From NCBI GenBank assembly GCA_965231215.1, contig OZ246423.1, positions 1,120,001 to 1,184,000 on the forward strand: DNA of 64,000 bases, written 5' to 3'. The first letter of the stretch is position 1; every line of letters begins with the position of its first letter. The notes below the pieces were generated by a model that worked only from the letters and a program-made list of their open reading frames with translations, was not told where the DNA came from and searched no databases. Source of the stretch: Candidatus Altimarinota bacterium (lineage in GTDB: Bacteria; Patescibacteriota; Gracilibacteria; UBA4473). The position numbers were made by a program, and so were the translations under genes. Of the stretch, positions 1 through 9,368 are shown piece by piece.

Positions 1-23
1 TATTTTTTTAGACCTTCTAATTT

Positions 24-398
24 TTAAGATTTGTGTGCAATTATTTCTATTTCTACCTTCGCGCCTTTTGGGAGCTTACTGACTTCAACACAACTTCGAG
101 CGGGTTTGTGATCACCGAAAAAATCAGCATAGATGTCATTTACAACTGCAAAATCATTGATGTCAGATAAAAATACAGTGGTTTTCACGACCTTGTTTTT
201 TTCAAGCTGAGCGGCGTCTAAAAGAGCTGCAATATTTTTTAATACTTGTTTGGTTTGTCCTGAAACATCCGTATCCAAAAAATCACCCTCTGGAGTTAGA
301 GCAATTTGCCCAGAAAAAAACACCAGATTTCCGGCAGAAACCCCTTGGCTATAAGGTCCAATGGCACTTGGCGCCTGAGGAGTGTTTATTATTTTCAT
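24..398 (-). CDS. ridA: RidA/YjgF family reactive intermediate deaminase
   Basis: APSAIGPYSQ, SGQI, PARSCVEVSKLPKGAKVEIE motifs; start moved to the MKIINT ATG. Confidence 0.93.
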   Translation of the reverse strand: MKIINTPQAPSAIGPYSQGVSAGNLVFFSGQIALTPEGDFLDTDVSGQTKQVLKNIAALLDAAQLEKNKVVKTTVFLSDINDFAVVNDIYADFFGDHKPARSCVEVSKLPKGAKVEIEIIAHKS

Positions 399-523
399 TT
401 TAAAAAGGTAAGACTCATACATGATAGGGCGCAATAGGCGCCTCTACAACTAAAAAATAACTTGACTTGGATCGCGATAATTCTATATTTCTGCGGCTTT
501 GTACTTATCAAAAGTATTTATTC

Positions 524-781
524 ATGAAAAAAGACACTCACCCGAAAGCCCATCCTGTTATTTTTAGGGATGCTAACGCCAAAAAAGATTTTTTTATGAT
601 GTCTACCATGACATCAGAAGAAACAGAAACTCACGACGGTACACAATACTATGTAATCCGTGTTGATGTAAGTTCAGCTTCTCATCCATTTTACACTGGT
701 AAACAAAGCCTGATTGATACATCAGGTCGAGTTGAGAAATTTAAAGCGAAACAAGCCAAAGCTCAAACGCTTAGTAAATAA
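524..781 (+). CDS. rpmE: 50S ribosomal protein L31 (type B, Zn-free)
   Basis: MKKDTHP...[14 protein letters not shown]...GRVEKF. Confidence 0.95.
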   Translation: MKKDTHPKAHPVIFRDANAKKDFFMMSTMTSEETETHDGTQYYVIRVDVSSASHPFYTGKQSLIDTSGRVEKFKAKQAKAQTLSK

Positions 782-807
782 GTTCTTATACCTAATCTTT
801 AATTTTC

Positions 808-1983
808 ATGGCGACCAAAAAAACAACGGCTTCTCCCAAAAAGTCTACGGCCACTAAGGCGAAGAAGACTACCGCCAAAGCTAAATCTACCACAAAAGGA
901 GCGCTCAAAAAAGTCGCCCCAAAAAAGGCCGTAAAGAAGTCAGTAGCACCAAAGAAAAAAGTGCCAAACAAAAAATCGGTTGTCCCAAAAAACAGCCCCA
1001 AAAAAGCTACTCGGGCCAAAACTAAAGCCACATCAAGCGTAACTCAAAAAGCAACTTCAGCCCTTAGTTCTGACCAATGGAAAGGAGTTGTAGGCGCTAC
1101 TTTTTCAGCGTTTCCTACGCTCTGGTGGAGAGTGGGAATTGTTAATATGTTGGCCCTAGTATTAATGGTTGTCGGAGTCGGTTTAGCGACCGCTATTTTT
1201 ATTTTGATGTCAGGCGGTATTGGATCTTTAGAAAACCTTTTTGCCAATATGAGAGTAACAGGGGTTATGCCAGACTCTTCCGTGATATTCAGTTTTTCAG
1301 CAGCTCTTATATTTTGGATAGTTTGGGTCGTTGTTTTTGGGATTATTGCCAAGATTAGTAGTTTTATGATTGTAAAGTCTTACGCTCACAAAGCCGTAAA
1401 AAATCCACTCACAGTTTTCTTCCAAGAGAGCTGGTCTCTCTTCTGGAGTTGGGCTTGGCTTGGACTTAAAATCTTTTGGTATATAGTGTGGCCTTTGCTT
1501 CTATTCTCTGTATTTGTAGGTATTATTGGAGTAAGTGCAGGTATTGCTAGAATAGGTGAAGTTAATCAAGGGCTTGAGGTTGGATTATTAGCTGTTATTA
1601 TGGCACTAGTAGGGCTCTTTATTTTTGCAATTACATTTTATAGAGGCACTAAAGTTATTTTTTCTCAAGCAGCACTTGTACATGGAGGCGCTCCAGCTAG
1701 TAAAGCCATGAACACTTCCTTGAGTCTGCTAGAAGGGAATTGGTGGAGAGTCTTTGGAGGACTTTTGGGATTCTTTGCGCTGATTGCGTTGGTACAAGTG
1801 ATTATTAATATCCCAGCTATTATGGGAGATATAGGGAGGCTTCCAGAAGGGATGGAAGGACTTTATATTGCTTCAAGTCTGCTTGATTTTTTATTCAACT
1901 TTTTTATTTTGGCGCCGTTAGCCGTCACCTTTATCTATTTCCTTATGCTTCAAGTAGCAAAAAACAAAGGAATCAAAATTTAA
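808..1983 (+). CDS. Multi-pass membrane protein with a Lys/Ala-rich, histone-H1-like N-terminal tail
   Basis: ~85 aa K/A/T/P-rich N-terminus followed by ~6 hydrophobic segments; GNWWRVFG motif typical of GDPD-membrane/DUF975-like proteins. Confidence 0.75.
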   Translation: MATKKTTASPKKSTATKAKKTTAKAKSTTKGALKKVAPKKAVKKSVAPKKKVPNKKSVVPKNSPKKATRAKTKATSSVTQKATSALSSDQWKGVVGATFSAFPTLWWRVGIVNMLALVLMVVGVGLATAIFILMSGGIGSLENLFANMRVTGVMPDSSVIFSFSAALIFWIVWVVVFGIIAKISSFMIVKSYAHKAVKNPLTVFFQESWSLFWSWAWLGLKIFWYIVWPLLLFSVFVGIIGVSAGIARIGEVNQGLEVGLLAVIMALVGLFIFAITFYRGTKVIFSQAALVHGGAPASKAMNTSLSLLEGNWWRVFGGLLGFFALIALVQVIINIPAIMGDIGRLPEGMEGLYIASSLLDFLFNFFILAPLAVTFIYFLMLQVAKNKGIKI

Positions 1984-1995
1984 TAATTTTATCTT

Positions 1996-2235
1996 ATGTC
2001 TAAGAAACCAACGCCTAAAAAACAACTCGATAAATCTCGTAGTAGATCACGATCTAGTAAGTATGATTACGAACAAAGATCAAAACTGAGCAAAAAAATA
2101 CAACTCACTACTTGTAGTAACTGTGGAGCTAAACGAAGAATCCATTACGCCTGTGAAGCCTGCGGATTTTACCGAGGTCGTCAGGTACTGAATGTTAAGA
2201 CTAAATCAGCGCCAAAAGCTGAAATTGAAGCCTAG
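1996..2235 (+). CDS. rpmF: 50S ribosomal protein L32
   Basis: PTPKK..KSRSRSR...CSNCG...HYACEACGFYRGRQV. Confidence 0.93.
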   Translation: MSKKPTPKKQLDKSRSRSRSSKYDYEQRSKLSKKIQLTTCSNCGAKRRIHYACEACGFYRGRQVLNVKTKSAPKAEIEA

Positions 2236-2284
2236 TTTGAGATTTAGTGATCCTACCTTTAATATTAACCTATAAGGTTTGTTT

Positions 2285-2725
2285 ATGAGTGAAAAAAGAA
2301 AGCTTCGCCGTCAGAGTAGAGTCTTGGCGCTTGAGGCTCTTTTTTATTACCTAGAACGAGAAGGGAAAGCAAGCGTCGAAGATTGTTTCCAATATACCCT
2401 AGAACAAGTTGAAGAACGCAAAGAAGATACATTTGCTTGGGAAATTATGTCTACCGCCATTGAAAATATGGGAAAGATAAAAATAATCATCCATGCTTTT
2501 GCTCCAGAGTTCACCTTTGAAAAAATTGCGCCCATCAACAGAGCTTTATTGGTTTTAGGGATTTGCGAAATGAAATTTTTAGAAACACCACCGGTAGTGG
2601 TTATCAACGAGTATATTGAGCTGGCTAAAGACTTTGGTGAAGATAAATCACCATCACTTGTAAATGGAGTATTAGATAACTACCGTAAGAGCTTAGGATT
2701 AGATAGAACTAAAGACAACAGTTGA
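2285..2725 (+). CDS. nusB: Transcription antitermination factor NusB
   Basis: RRQSRVLALEALF, TPPVVVINEYIELAKDFG, VNGVLD. Confidence 0.95.
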   Translation: MSEKRKLRRQSRVLALEALFYYLEREGKASVEDCFQYTLEQVEERKEDTFAWEIMSTAIENMGKIKIIIHAFAPEFTFEKIAPINRALLVLGICEMKFLETPPVVVINEYIELAKDFGEDKSPSLVNGVLDNYRKSLGLDRTKDNS

Positions 2726-2806
2726 TACAATAATCATATTACAAGCGACGTCATATTGATTGGCTGAAATCTAGATTTTAGGGACAAATCAATATATACT
2801 TAGACT

Positions 2807-3526
2807 ATGTCAGCTATTCACAATTTATTTGAAACACTTAAAGTTAATTTTTTGGTATACGAGAATAATAAAGCCGTATTTGATGAGGCTTTTACTCACC
2901 GTTCTGCCGTAGGGGAAGGGCATGAAAAGTTAAACAATGAGCGGTTAGAATTTTTAGGAGATGCGGTATTAGAACTCGTCACTACAGAGTTTTTATTTAA
3001 ATCGTATGACAAGCCAGAAGGAGAACTTACCAATTACCGTTCAGCTTTGGTAAAAAAAGAAAATTTAGCACAAGTGGCTCGCAAGCTTCAGCTTGGAGAC
3101 TTAATTAACATGTCTAAAGGCGAGGAACGTTCTGGGGGGCGAGATAAGGACTACTTGCTGGCCAATACCCTTGAGGCCTTGATTGGAGCCTTATATTTAA
3201 GCTTAGGACAAGAGAAGACCGCTGAAGTGATTAAAACCTTTGTCATGATAGAGTTAGACTCCATTCTGCAGGCTGGTAACCATATTGATGCTAAATCGGC
3301 TTTCCAAGAATTTACCCAAGGTCAATTTGGGATTACCCCAGAGTACAAGGTCTTAACCGAAACTGGGAAAGACCATGAAAAAGAGTTTGAAATTGGAGCC
3401 TATCTAGAGCAAATATGTGTAGGCAAAGGCAAAGGAGGCTCAAAGAAAGAAGCTCAAACAGCCGCGGCCGCTGAGGCCCTGGAATCTAAAAAAGAGTGGA
3501 GAAATAACTTTTCTCTAAAGGTTTAA
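2807..3526 (+). CDS. rnc: Ribonuclease III
   Basis: NERLEFLGDAVLEL signature, EALIGALYL, C-terminal dsRBD. Confidence 0.97.
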   Translation: MSAIHNLFETLKVNFLVYENNKAVFDEAFTHRSAVGEGHEKLNNERLEFLGDAVLELVTTEFLFKSYDKPEGELTNYRSALVKKENLAQVARKLQLGDLINMSKGEERSGGRDKDYLLANTLEALIGALYLSLGQEKTAEVIKTFVMIELDSILQAGNHIDAKSAFQEFTQGQFGITPEYKVLTETGKDHEKEFEIGAYLEQICVGKGKGGSKKEAQTAAAAEALESKKEWRNNFSLKV

Positions 3527-4377
3527 ATTCTTATACCGCGGCGGATCTCATCGGCGAGGCCTAAAACGAGACTAAATCGATCGCTTTGGGGCCCAGAGCC
3601 TAATTCGTTTGGCGGACGATCAGTTATAGGGCTCATAGCTGTAGCCACTTTTTCCCCAACAGTTTTATCCTCTGGATCCGTCCTGACAGTAGCTTCACGC
3701 AACTCCAAAAGCACATCAGATAAAGTACTGGGGTTTGTAGTGCTGACTTCGTCTTTATTGCTTAATCTGGTGCTTACAATATTATTCATAATTTGAATAC
3801 TTGTGTGCACCCCAACCTTTTCTAGTATAAGGTCTCTCAGGATTATTCTTTCTGCTTCATCAAGTTCTGTGCCCACTTTTTTTCTTAACGCTTCTAAAGA
3901 AAATGTTTTGGTAGGGATCGATTCTTTCACACCAGAGTCTTTATTTTTGATATCTTCATATAATGACTCAAGTAGGTGAATAACTTTGCCACGAGTTTTG
4001 TGACTTAACCTTTTAAATAGAATTTTAAGTTTTTCTTCCGACTCTAAAGCTTCAATTTCTGTTTCTTCTAAATTTTGATCCTGTTGAATGCTTGGAAAAT
4101 TTTCGCTCAACATTTGCAGAACTTCAGCAGTGCCTAAAGAAATAATTTCTTGGGCTAACCCAATTATCTTATTCCTATCAAGTGGAGGACCTAAATGATT
4201 AAGGTTATTCGAAATAGCCCGGGCTAGAGTTTTTCTAGTGACTTTTTTTTGGCTTAAAGAAGCTTTTTCTAATTCTGCGTATATGGCTTTGGCTAAAGCT
4301 TGGTTTAATACCGCTCTAAGTTCTGGGCTTAAGTCTTCTAATCCAAGTTTATTACCTTCTTCAACAGCTAATTTCAT
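3523..4377 (-). CDS. Hypothetical protein (orphan)
   Basis: 284-aa ORF with TTGACT-16-TAAAAA promoter 7 nt before the ATG; no recognised motif. Confidence 0.7.
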   Translation of the reverse strand: MKLAVEEGNKLGLEDLSPELRAVLNQALAKAIYAELEKASLSQKKVTRKTLARAISNNLNHLGPPLDRNKIIGLAQEIISLGTAEVLQMLSENFPSIQQDQNLEETEIEALESEEKLKILFKRLSHKTRGKVIHLLESLYEDIKNKDSGVKESIPTKTFSLEALRKKVGTELDEAERIILRDLILEKVGVHTSIQIMNNIVSTRLSNKDEVSTTNPSTLSDVLLELREATVRTDPEDKTVGEKVATAMSPITDRPPNELGSGPQSDRFSLVLGLADEIRRGIRI

Positions 4378-4458
4378 TTATTGTTTTTTAGTGTTTTCCA
4401 CGAAAAAGTCAATAAAATCTTAACTTGAGTAACCTTGTATTCACGTTAGACTAATCCT

Positions 4459-5544
4459 GTGATAAAAGCATTTGAGGCCTTTGCTCATCATATTCTCTCT
4501 GGCAAAGAGGGGATTTTGTTTAGTATGAAAAATGATGTGGTGGGGCATAAAATCTATTTTGGGGTGGGGGACAGGGTTAAGGCTGATTTCAACAAGGGGC
4601 CGTTTCCATTTTTTTCAGTAGTAGACTGGCAAGGGGAAAAGTCATCTTTTTGGCATTTTGACCAATTTTATACTGATGAAGATGACTTTGACTCATATGC
4701 TGATCTAGAAAGTCTTAAAGCCACACTTAATATTAAAAACCTTGAGTCCTACGCCTCAGAAACTCAAGCAAGCTTTAAATCAAAAGTGGAAGTTCTCAAA
4801 TCCCTAGAACAGGATGGTGAATTCTGGGTCGCTAATTTCACTCAAGATATTACCGGAGATTTACCAAAGGCTATAAAACCAGAACAGGTAGCATTAAAGT
4901 GTTTTCATAATTTTTTGAAGTTAGGAAAAAACCATTGTGGTGGAGTCGTGCTCACTAAAGAACAAATTTTTTGTTCATTATCTCCAGAAACCTTTCTCGT
5001 ACAAAATGAAAACGTTATAAAGACTTTTCCGATTAAAGGGACAGGGAGCCAAAAATTTTTAGAAAATTCTGAAAAAGAAATATCTGAACTCGCTATGATC
5101 ACAGACTTACTCAGAAATGATTTGGGAGAGATCTGTACACAGGTCGAACTAAAAAGAGAAAGATATCTTACTGAGGAGCAAAATTTCTATCATGCTCGTG
5201 CAGAAGTGGAGGGAAAACTTTCAGAATCTGAAATTGTGTGGGATAAATACAAAGCCTTACTACCCGCTGGCTCTATCTCTGGAGCTCCCAAAAAAAGAGT
5301 TTTAGAAACTTTAAGCATACTAGAAAGTTTTAACAGAGATTTTTATACTGGGACTTTTGGTCTAAAATTAAAGCCTGAAAAGTCTATTTTTAATATTTTG
5401 ATTAGGACGCTTTTTATTGATCAAAAAAATTGTTCATTCAGTTTCCCTGTAGGAGCGGGTATTACTATTGATTCTAACGCTCAGTTAGAGTGGGAAGAGA
5501 CGTTTAGGAAGGCGCAGATACTTCTTGACTGCCTTAAACCATAA
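4459..5544 (+). CDS. Chorismate-binding enzyme, PabB/TrpE family (aminodeoxychorismate synthase-like)
   Basis: SPETFL, FPIKGT, SEKEISELAMITDLLRNDLG, PAGSISGAPKKR, ILIRT, VGAGITIDS. Confidence 0.88.
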   Translation: MIKAFEAFAHHILSGKEGILFSMKNDVVGHKIYFGVGDRVKADFNKGPFPFFSVVDWQGEKSSFWHFDQFYTDEDDFDSYADLESLKATLNIKNLESYASETQASFKSKVEVLKSLEQDGEFWVANFTQDITGDLPKAIKPEQVALKCFHNFLKLGKNHCGGVVLTKEQIFCSLSPETFLVQNENVIKTFPIKGTGSQKFLENSEKEISELAMITDLLRNDLGEICTQVELKRERYLTEEQNFYHARAEVEGKLSESEIVWDKYKALLPAGSISGAPKKRVLETLSILESFNRDFYTGTFGLKLKPEKSIFNILIRTLFIDQKNCSFSFPVGAGITIDSNAQLEWEETFRKAQILLDCLKP

Positions 5545-7015
5545 TCAAAGCTGCTCGGCTTCGTCTAATCTCTGGAAGACATTTTTCTTCAATGTAGGTA
5601 TCTATCTCAGCCCTAGTTTTTTGGTCTTGGGTGGCTTTAAACAGATTTTGACCAAATTGATTTGTCACTAGCGTAGACAATTCATCTATAACTGAAGAAG
5701 GTACGGAATCTATATCAATGAAGTCAAAAGACTGTCTATTATTGAATTCTTTAACTTTGTCATAGATAAATGTCCAGGCCATTTGTTCCATGCATTGCTG
5801 AGTTTCTCTGAATTCATCAGCTTCAATAATTCTATACCCACCTTTTATTTGCATGTCTTGGACTCTATCTTTGTTTGGTTTTGGGTACATTCTGATACCA
5901 GCAAGGTAGGTAGGGGGAAGGGATTCAGATGAAGTCTCTTGTACTACAAAATCGGTAATAATTGGTGAGGCTAGAGTTTGTAAAAAAGCAGTTAACTCTG
6001 GGTAATAAAGCCTGTAACTATAGGAGCTCACTACGCCATCAGAGATATATAAACCATGATGGGCATCCATAACTTGACTCATTGTTTTCATAAAGCTGTA
6101 TACATCTCCATGTAAAAATGCATCTGAGCGGGACCCTTCAATAAGCTGGAACCTTAAATCATCTTCTGGAGCAAAGTACTTAGCTACGTTTCTGAAGTCA
6201 TCACGAATTATGTTGTCGCAATTGGCAAGCATTCTCCTTAATCTTCCAAACATTACCTCTGATGCAGTCCTTGGGTCTCTAGGGAAGATTCTTTTTAAAC
6301 GGTTTCTTATATCCTTCATAAGTAATCTTTCATCTTCTCCAATAAGTTGAATTTCATGTAAATTTTTCCCTAAAGGAGAGATATGTCTTCTGAATTCGTC
6401 ACTTTCAGGCAAGAGTAATTCAGGACTTTCTGTTACAATGGATGTTAGGGTCCTTAAATTTCCAAAGCTTTCAGGTCTACCATGAGCCGCAGCTTCCGCT
6501 AGGTTTTTGGCCCGTACGCCTCTAATGAGACTGTCTTTTCCTGCAAATTTTGAAAACTTTAACTCCATACCTGCACCACTAGTAACATCATTAATACTAG
6601 CTGGGATTAGTAATTCACTTCTGAGAATAGCTGATACGGAAGCTGTAGTGTTATTACGCAATCCTAGCTCTCTTTCCATAAAAGCTTCAATCAAATCACG
6701 TGGGTCAATATAAACTTTGTCAGCAAAAGAATAAGAAACATGCTCACGAGCATGAGCTTTAAAATACTCATTAGCAGTACCATCTCCCATACCTAGGTGT
6801 AGAACATTAGGAGTTCCGGGGAGATTACTAATATAACGAACCAATTCTGAAGCTTCTACAAATGGTGGGGCAAGCCTATCAACAAGCCAGTCTTGTTTTT
6901 CAACCATAGCAGCAACTCCTCCTTGGATAAGGTTTTGGGTTAACTCTGCCGCCTCAACAGGACTTAACTGTCCGAAATCACTAGATCTAAAGTGTTTAAA
7001 GTTTGCCTTGTTCAT
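5534..7015 (-). CDS. Hypothetical protein, possible degenerate SAM-methyltransferase fold
   Basis: 493-aa ORF; VLHLGMGDG resembles SAM-binding motif I. Confidence 0.6.
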   Translation of the reverse strand: MNKANFKHFRSSDFGQLSPVEAAELTQNLIQGGVAAMVEKQDWLVDRLAPPFVEASELVRYISNLPGTPNVLHLGMGDGTANEYFKAHAREHVSYSFADKVYIDPRDLIEAFMERELGLRNNTTASVSAILRSELLIPASINDVTSGAGMELKFSKFAGKDSLIRGVRAKNLAEAAAHGRPESFGNLRTLTSIVTESPELLLPESDEFRRHISPLGKNLHEIQLIGEDERLLMKDIRNRLKRIFPRDPRTASEVMFGRLRRMLANCDNIIRDDFRNVAKYFAPEDDLRFQLIEGSRSDAFLHGDVYSFMKTMSQVMDAHHGLYISDGVVSSYSYRLYYPELTAFLQTLASPIITDFVVQETSSESLPPTYLAGIRMYPKPNKDRVQDMQIKGGYRIIEADEFRETQQCMEQMAWTFIYDKVKEFNNRQSFDFIDIDSVPSSVIDELSTLVTNQFGQNLFKATQDQKTRAEIDTYIEEKCLPEIRRSRAALIMV

Positions 7016-7122
7016 GTAATTCTTTTAAAATATAAATCTCATTTTGTAAAGTATTGACTTGTTTTTTTATAAAAGTTTGAAAAACTTTATTTTTTAGTTT
7101 AAAAGGAATTTAATCTAACAAG

Positions 7123-7582
7123 TTGGAGGTGTTGAAGGTTGTTGGAAGTGTCGGAAAAAGTACCCCCTCTGCAGGGACTCAAATCTTGCTTACAAAATGC
7201 GAGAATGTTGAAGATGTGGTAAATATTGGATTATGTGGTGGTGTTCAGCCAAATATTGATATCACCCTCAGATTTAGTTAATAGATTAAGAGAAAAGGGA
7301 CTTGAGACTCCTACAGCTCGAATTGCGATCGGAGTTTATGGCCTCTCCTCCTGTTAGTGATAGTGAATTTAGTATGGCTAGTATGTGGAATTTGGGATTC
7401 ATGAAAAGCCCTCGAAAAGAATATCATACTCTAGAAGCGGTTATTACTGAACTTCAAAAAGTATCAGACATTACTGAAATGGAAGCTCATACTATAGCTA
7501 GAGTTTGTAGCGAGCATGGTATTACTCCGCTTATGGTGTTAAAGCTGCTTCTGATAATGTAACGCAACTAGAGTTAAAGTAG
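7123..7582 (+). pseudogene. mtnN: Degraded MTA/SAH nucleosidase (PNP_UDP_1 family) remnant
   Basis: Three pieces in different frames: GSVGKS..AGTQILL..VEDVVNIGLCGGV, then EMEAHTIARVCSEHGITPLMVL, then frameshifted KAASDN. Confidence 0.65.
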
Positions 7583-7647
7583 CTGGAGTTTAGGGCATAT
7601 AACTTTGCCAAATATAAATCTTTTTTGTATAACTGCAGGCAAGACTT

Positions 7648-8538
7648 ATGAATACCAAGCCTGACGTATTTGAAAAATACATTTCACAATTTCCGGCAAA
7701 ATCTCAGCCGGAATTAAAACGCAGGCTCAAACACAAGAAAGCCCTTGAAGAAAAGGGGGATTTGGAGGTAACTAGTTTAGTATGGGAATCGTTTTTGGTG
7801 ACTTCTGATATTGCTAAAGACTCAAAGGTTAAAGTACTAAAAACTCAAGCTATTGAAATCAGAAACTCGCCAAAGAAGTTTATCAAAAGCGAGCATTTTG
7901 AAGCTAAAACACTATGTTTATTGGAGATTCTTTTTGATTTGAGTGAGGGGATAGTGATGTTTCCTTATGAAACTTATCAAGAATGGAGTGAAGTAGCTAA
8001 TGAATTTGGTTTTTGGAGATTAAGGTATGAACTTGAAGATGCAATTTTTAAGCATTTTGATCCAGAAAATTATGAACTCTTTAAAAGTGTTATTGGCAGA
8101 AAGATGAAGGCCGATGAAGCTCTACTTAGAGATATAAGATTTTTAATAGAAATATCAGCTACAAAGCAGTGTATAAAAAGCCTCAAAATCTATAACCGAC
8201 AAAAAAACATTTATGGAGTCTATAAAAAGATACAGATAAAGCAGAAAAATATTAATGATATCTATGATATTTATGGATTTAGACTTATTGTCGAAAGCCA
8301 GGCCGAGTGTTATGCGTTAATAGATATGATTCATAGATTATGGCCCCATTATCCTAATAGGTTTAAAGATTACATAAAACACCCTAAACCTAATGGATAT
8401 CAAAGTTTGCATACAGTGGTAAACTGCCTGCAAAAGAGTGTTATAGAATTTCAAATCCGTACGAACGAAATGGATGCTGTGGCTAGTTCAGGTATGGCAA
8501 ATCATGCCGCCTATAAAAAGAATACAGGAAAGAAGTAA
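7648..8538 (+). CDS. Truncated RelA/SpoT homologue with intact synthetase domain (small alarmone synthetase-like)
   Basis: RQKNIYG, DIYGFR, FKDYIKHPKPNGYQSLHT, EFQIRT; no HD motif and no TGS/ACT domains. Confidence 0.9.
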   Translation: MNTKPDVFEKYISQFPAKSQPELKRRLKHKKALEEKGDLEVTSLVWESFLVTSDIAKDSKVKVLKTQAIEIRNSPKKFIKSEHFEAKTLCLLEILFDLSEGIVMFPYETYQEWSEVANEFGFWRLRYELEDAIFKHFDPENYELFKSVIGRKMKADEALLRDIRFLIEISATKQCIKSLKIYNRQKNIYGVYKKIQIKQKNINDIYDIYGFRLIVESQAECYALIDMIHRLWPHYPNRFKDYIKHPKPNGYQSLHTVVNCLQKSVIEFQIRTNEMDAVASSGMANHAAYKKNTGKK

Positions 8539-9339
8539 TTATTTCTTCTTTTTGAGCTCAGCTCGAAGTATTGCATTTTTTTCATACATTTCAGCCATTC
8601 GCCAAGAGATATCAAAGACTTCTCGCATACTATCAGCAATCATGTTGCTTTTAACCACAACGGCTAATTTTTCATGAATAGAAAAATACGCGACTTTATC
8701 ATCATAGATGTTTAGCTCAATAGAGATATCTAGCATGTCTTTTGGGAGAAGGCGGCTGATCCGGAGTTCTTTATCGTCTAGTTTCTGTCTTTCACGAGAC
8801 ATCTTAGTGTCAGGAAAGAGGGCTTTAATCACAATATTGGCGGCTTTTCTCCTTTTGTAGTATTTAGGCACATAGTTTGGGAACAAAGATTCAGTATCAT
8901 CAATAGAGGCCATAGCGAGAATTTCAGTCTTTGTTGTTAGCGTGTCTTCATAGGCAGCAATCAAACCTTCACGTCCTTCATATAAAGCAATCTCAGGCTT
9001 AGTGAAAGCTGGGTTCATATAATCTTGGAATCGAGGAAGGTTTTTTTTGAACGTATCAATATTCTTTTCTAGTTTGAATTTGCTGTTTTCCAGTATTTTC
9101 AAAAGCACATCAGGTTGCTCAGGTGTAAAAAAGTCTTTTTCTCGTGCAAATTTACTCACAAAACCTCTATCAAGAAGGCTAGTCATGATCACACTTACAT
9201 CAAAAGTAGAAAGTTTTGTTTCCTCACTAAGAGTAGGAATATCCTGAGTTCCAAGCTTTAGTGAAGCCAAATATACTTCCGCTTCATTAGGGTTTAGGCC
9301 GATGTCTTCAAGGATTTTTCTGAGCATCTTGTTTGGCAT
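8539..9339 (-). CDS. TrmB-family HTH transcriptional regulator
   Basis: LEDIGLNPNEAEVYLASL wHTH; PEIALYEGREG; IYDDKVA. Confidence 0.88.
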   Translation of the reverse strand: MPNKMLRKILEDIGLNPNEAEVYLASLKLGTQDIPTLSEETKLSTFDVSVIMTSLLDRGFVSKFAREKDFFTPEQPDVLLKILENSKFKLEKNIDTFKKNLPRFQDYMNPAFTKPEIALYEGREGLIAAYEDTLTTKTEILAMASIDDTESLFPNYVPKYYKRRKAANIVIKALFPDTKMSRERQKLDDKELRISRLLPKDMLDISIELNIYDDKVAYFSIHEKLAVVVKSNMIADSMREVFDISWRMAEMYEKNAILRAELKKKK

Positions 9340-9368
9340 TTAAGCCTTGTTTGGACTTTATTGCAAGT

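Noticed and set aside
792-1352. Antisense ORFs over the Lys-rich membrane gene, and similar short shadows throughout the track
   Set aside because: Fully overlap well-supported genes and have no motifs of their own
7302-7562. 86-aa ORF as an independent gene
   Set aside because: Better explained as a fragment of the mtnN pseudogene
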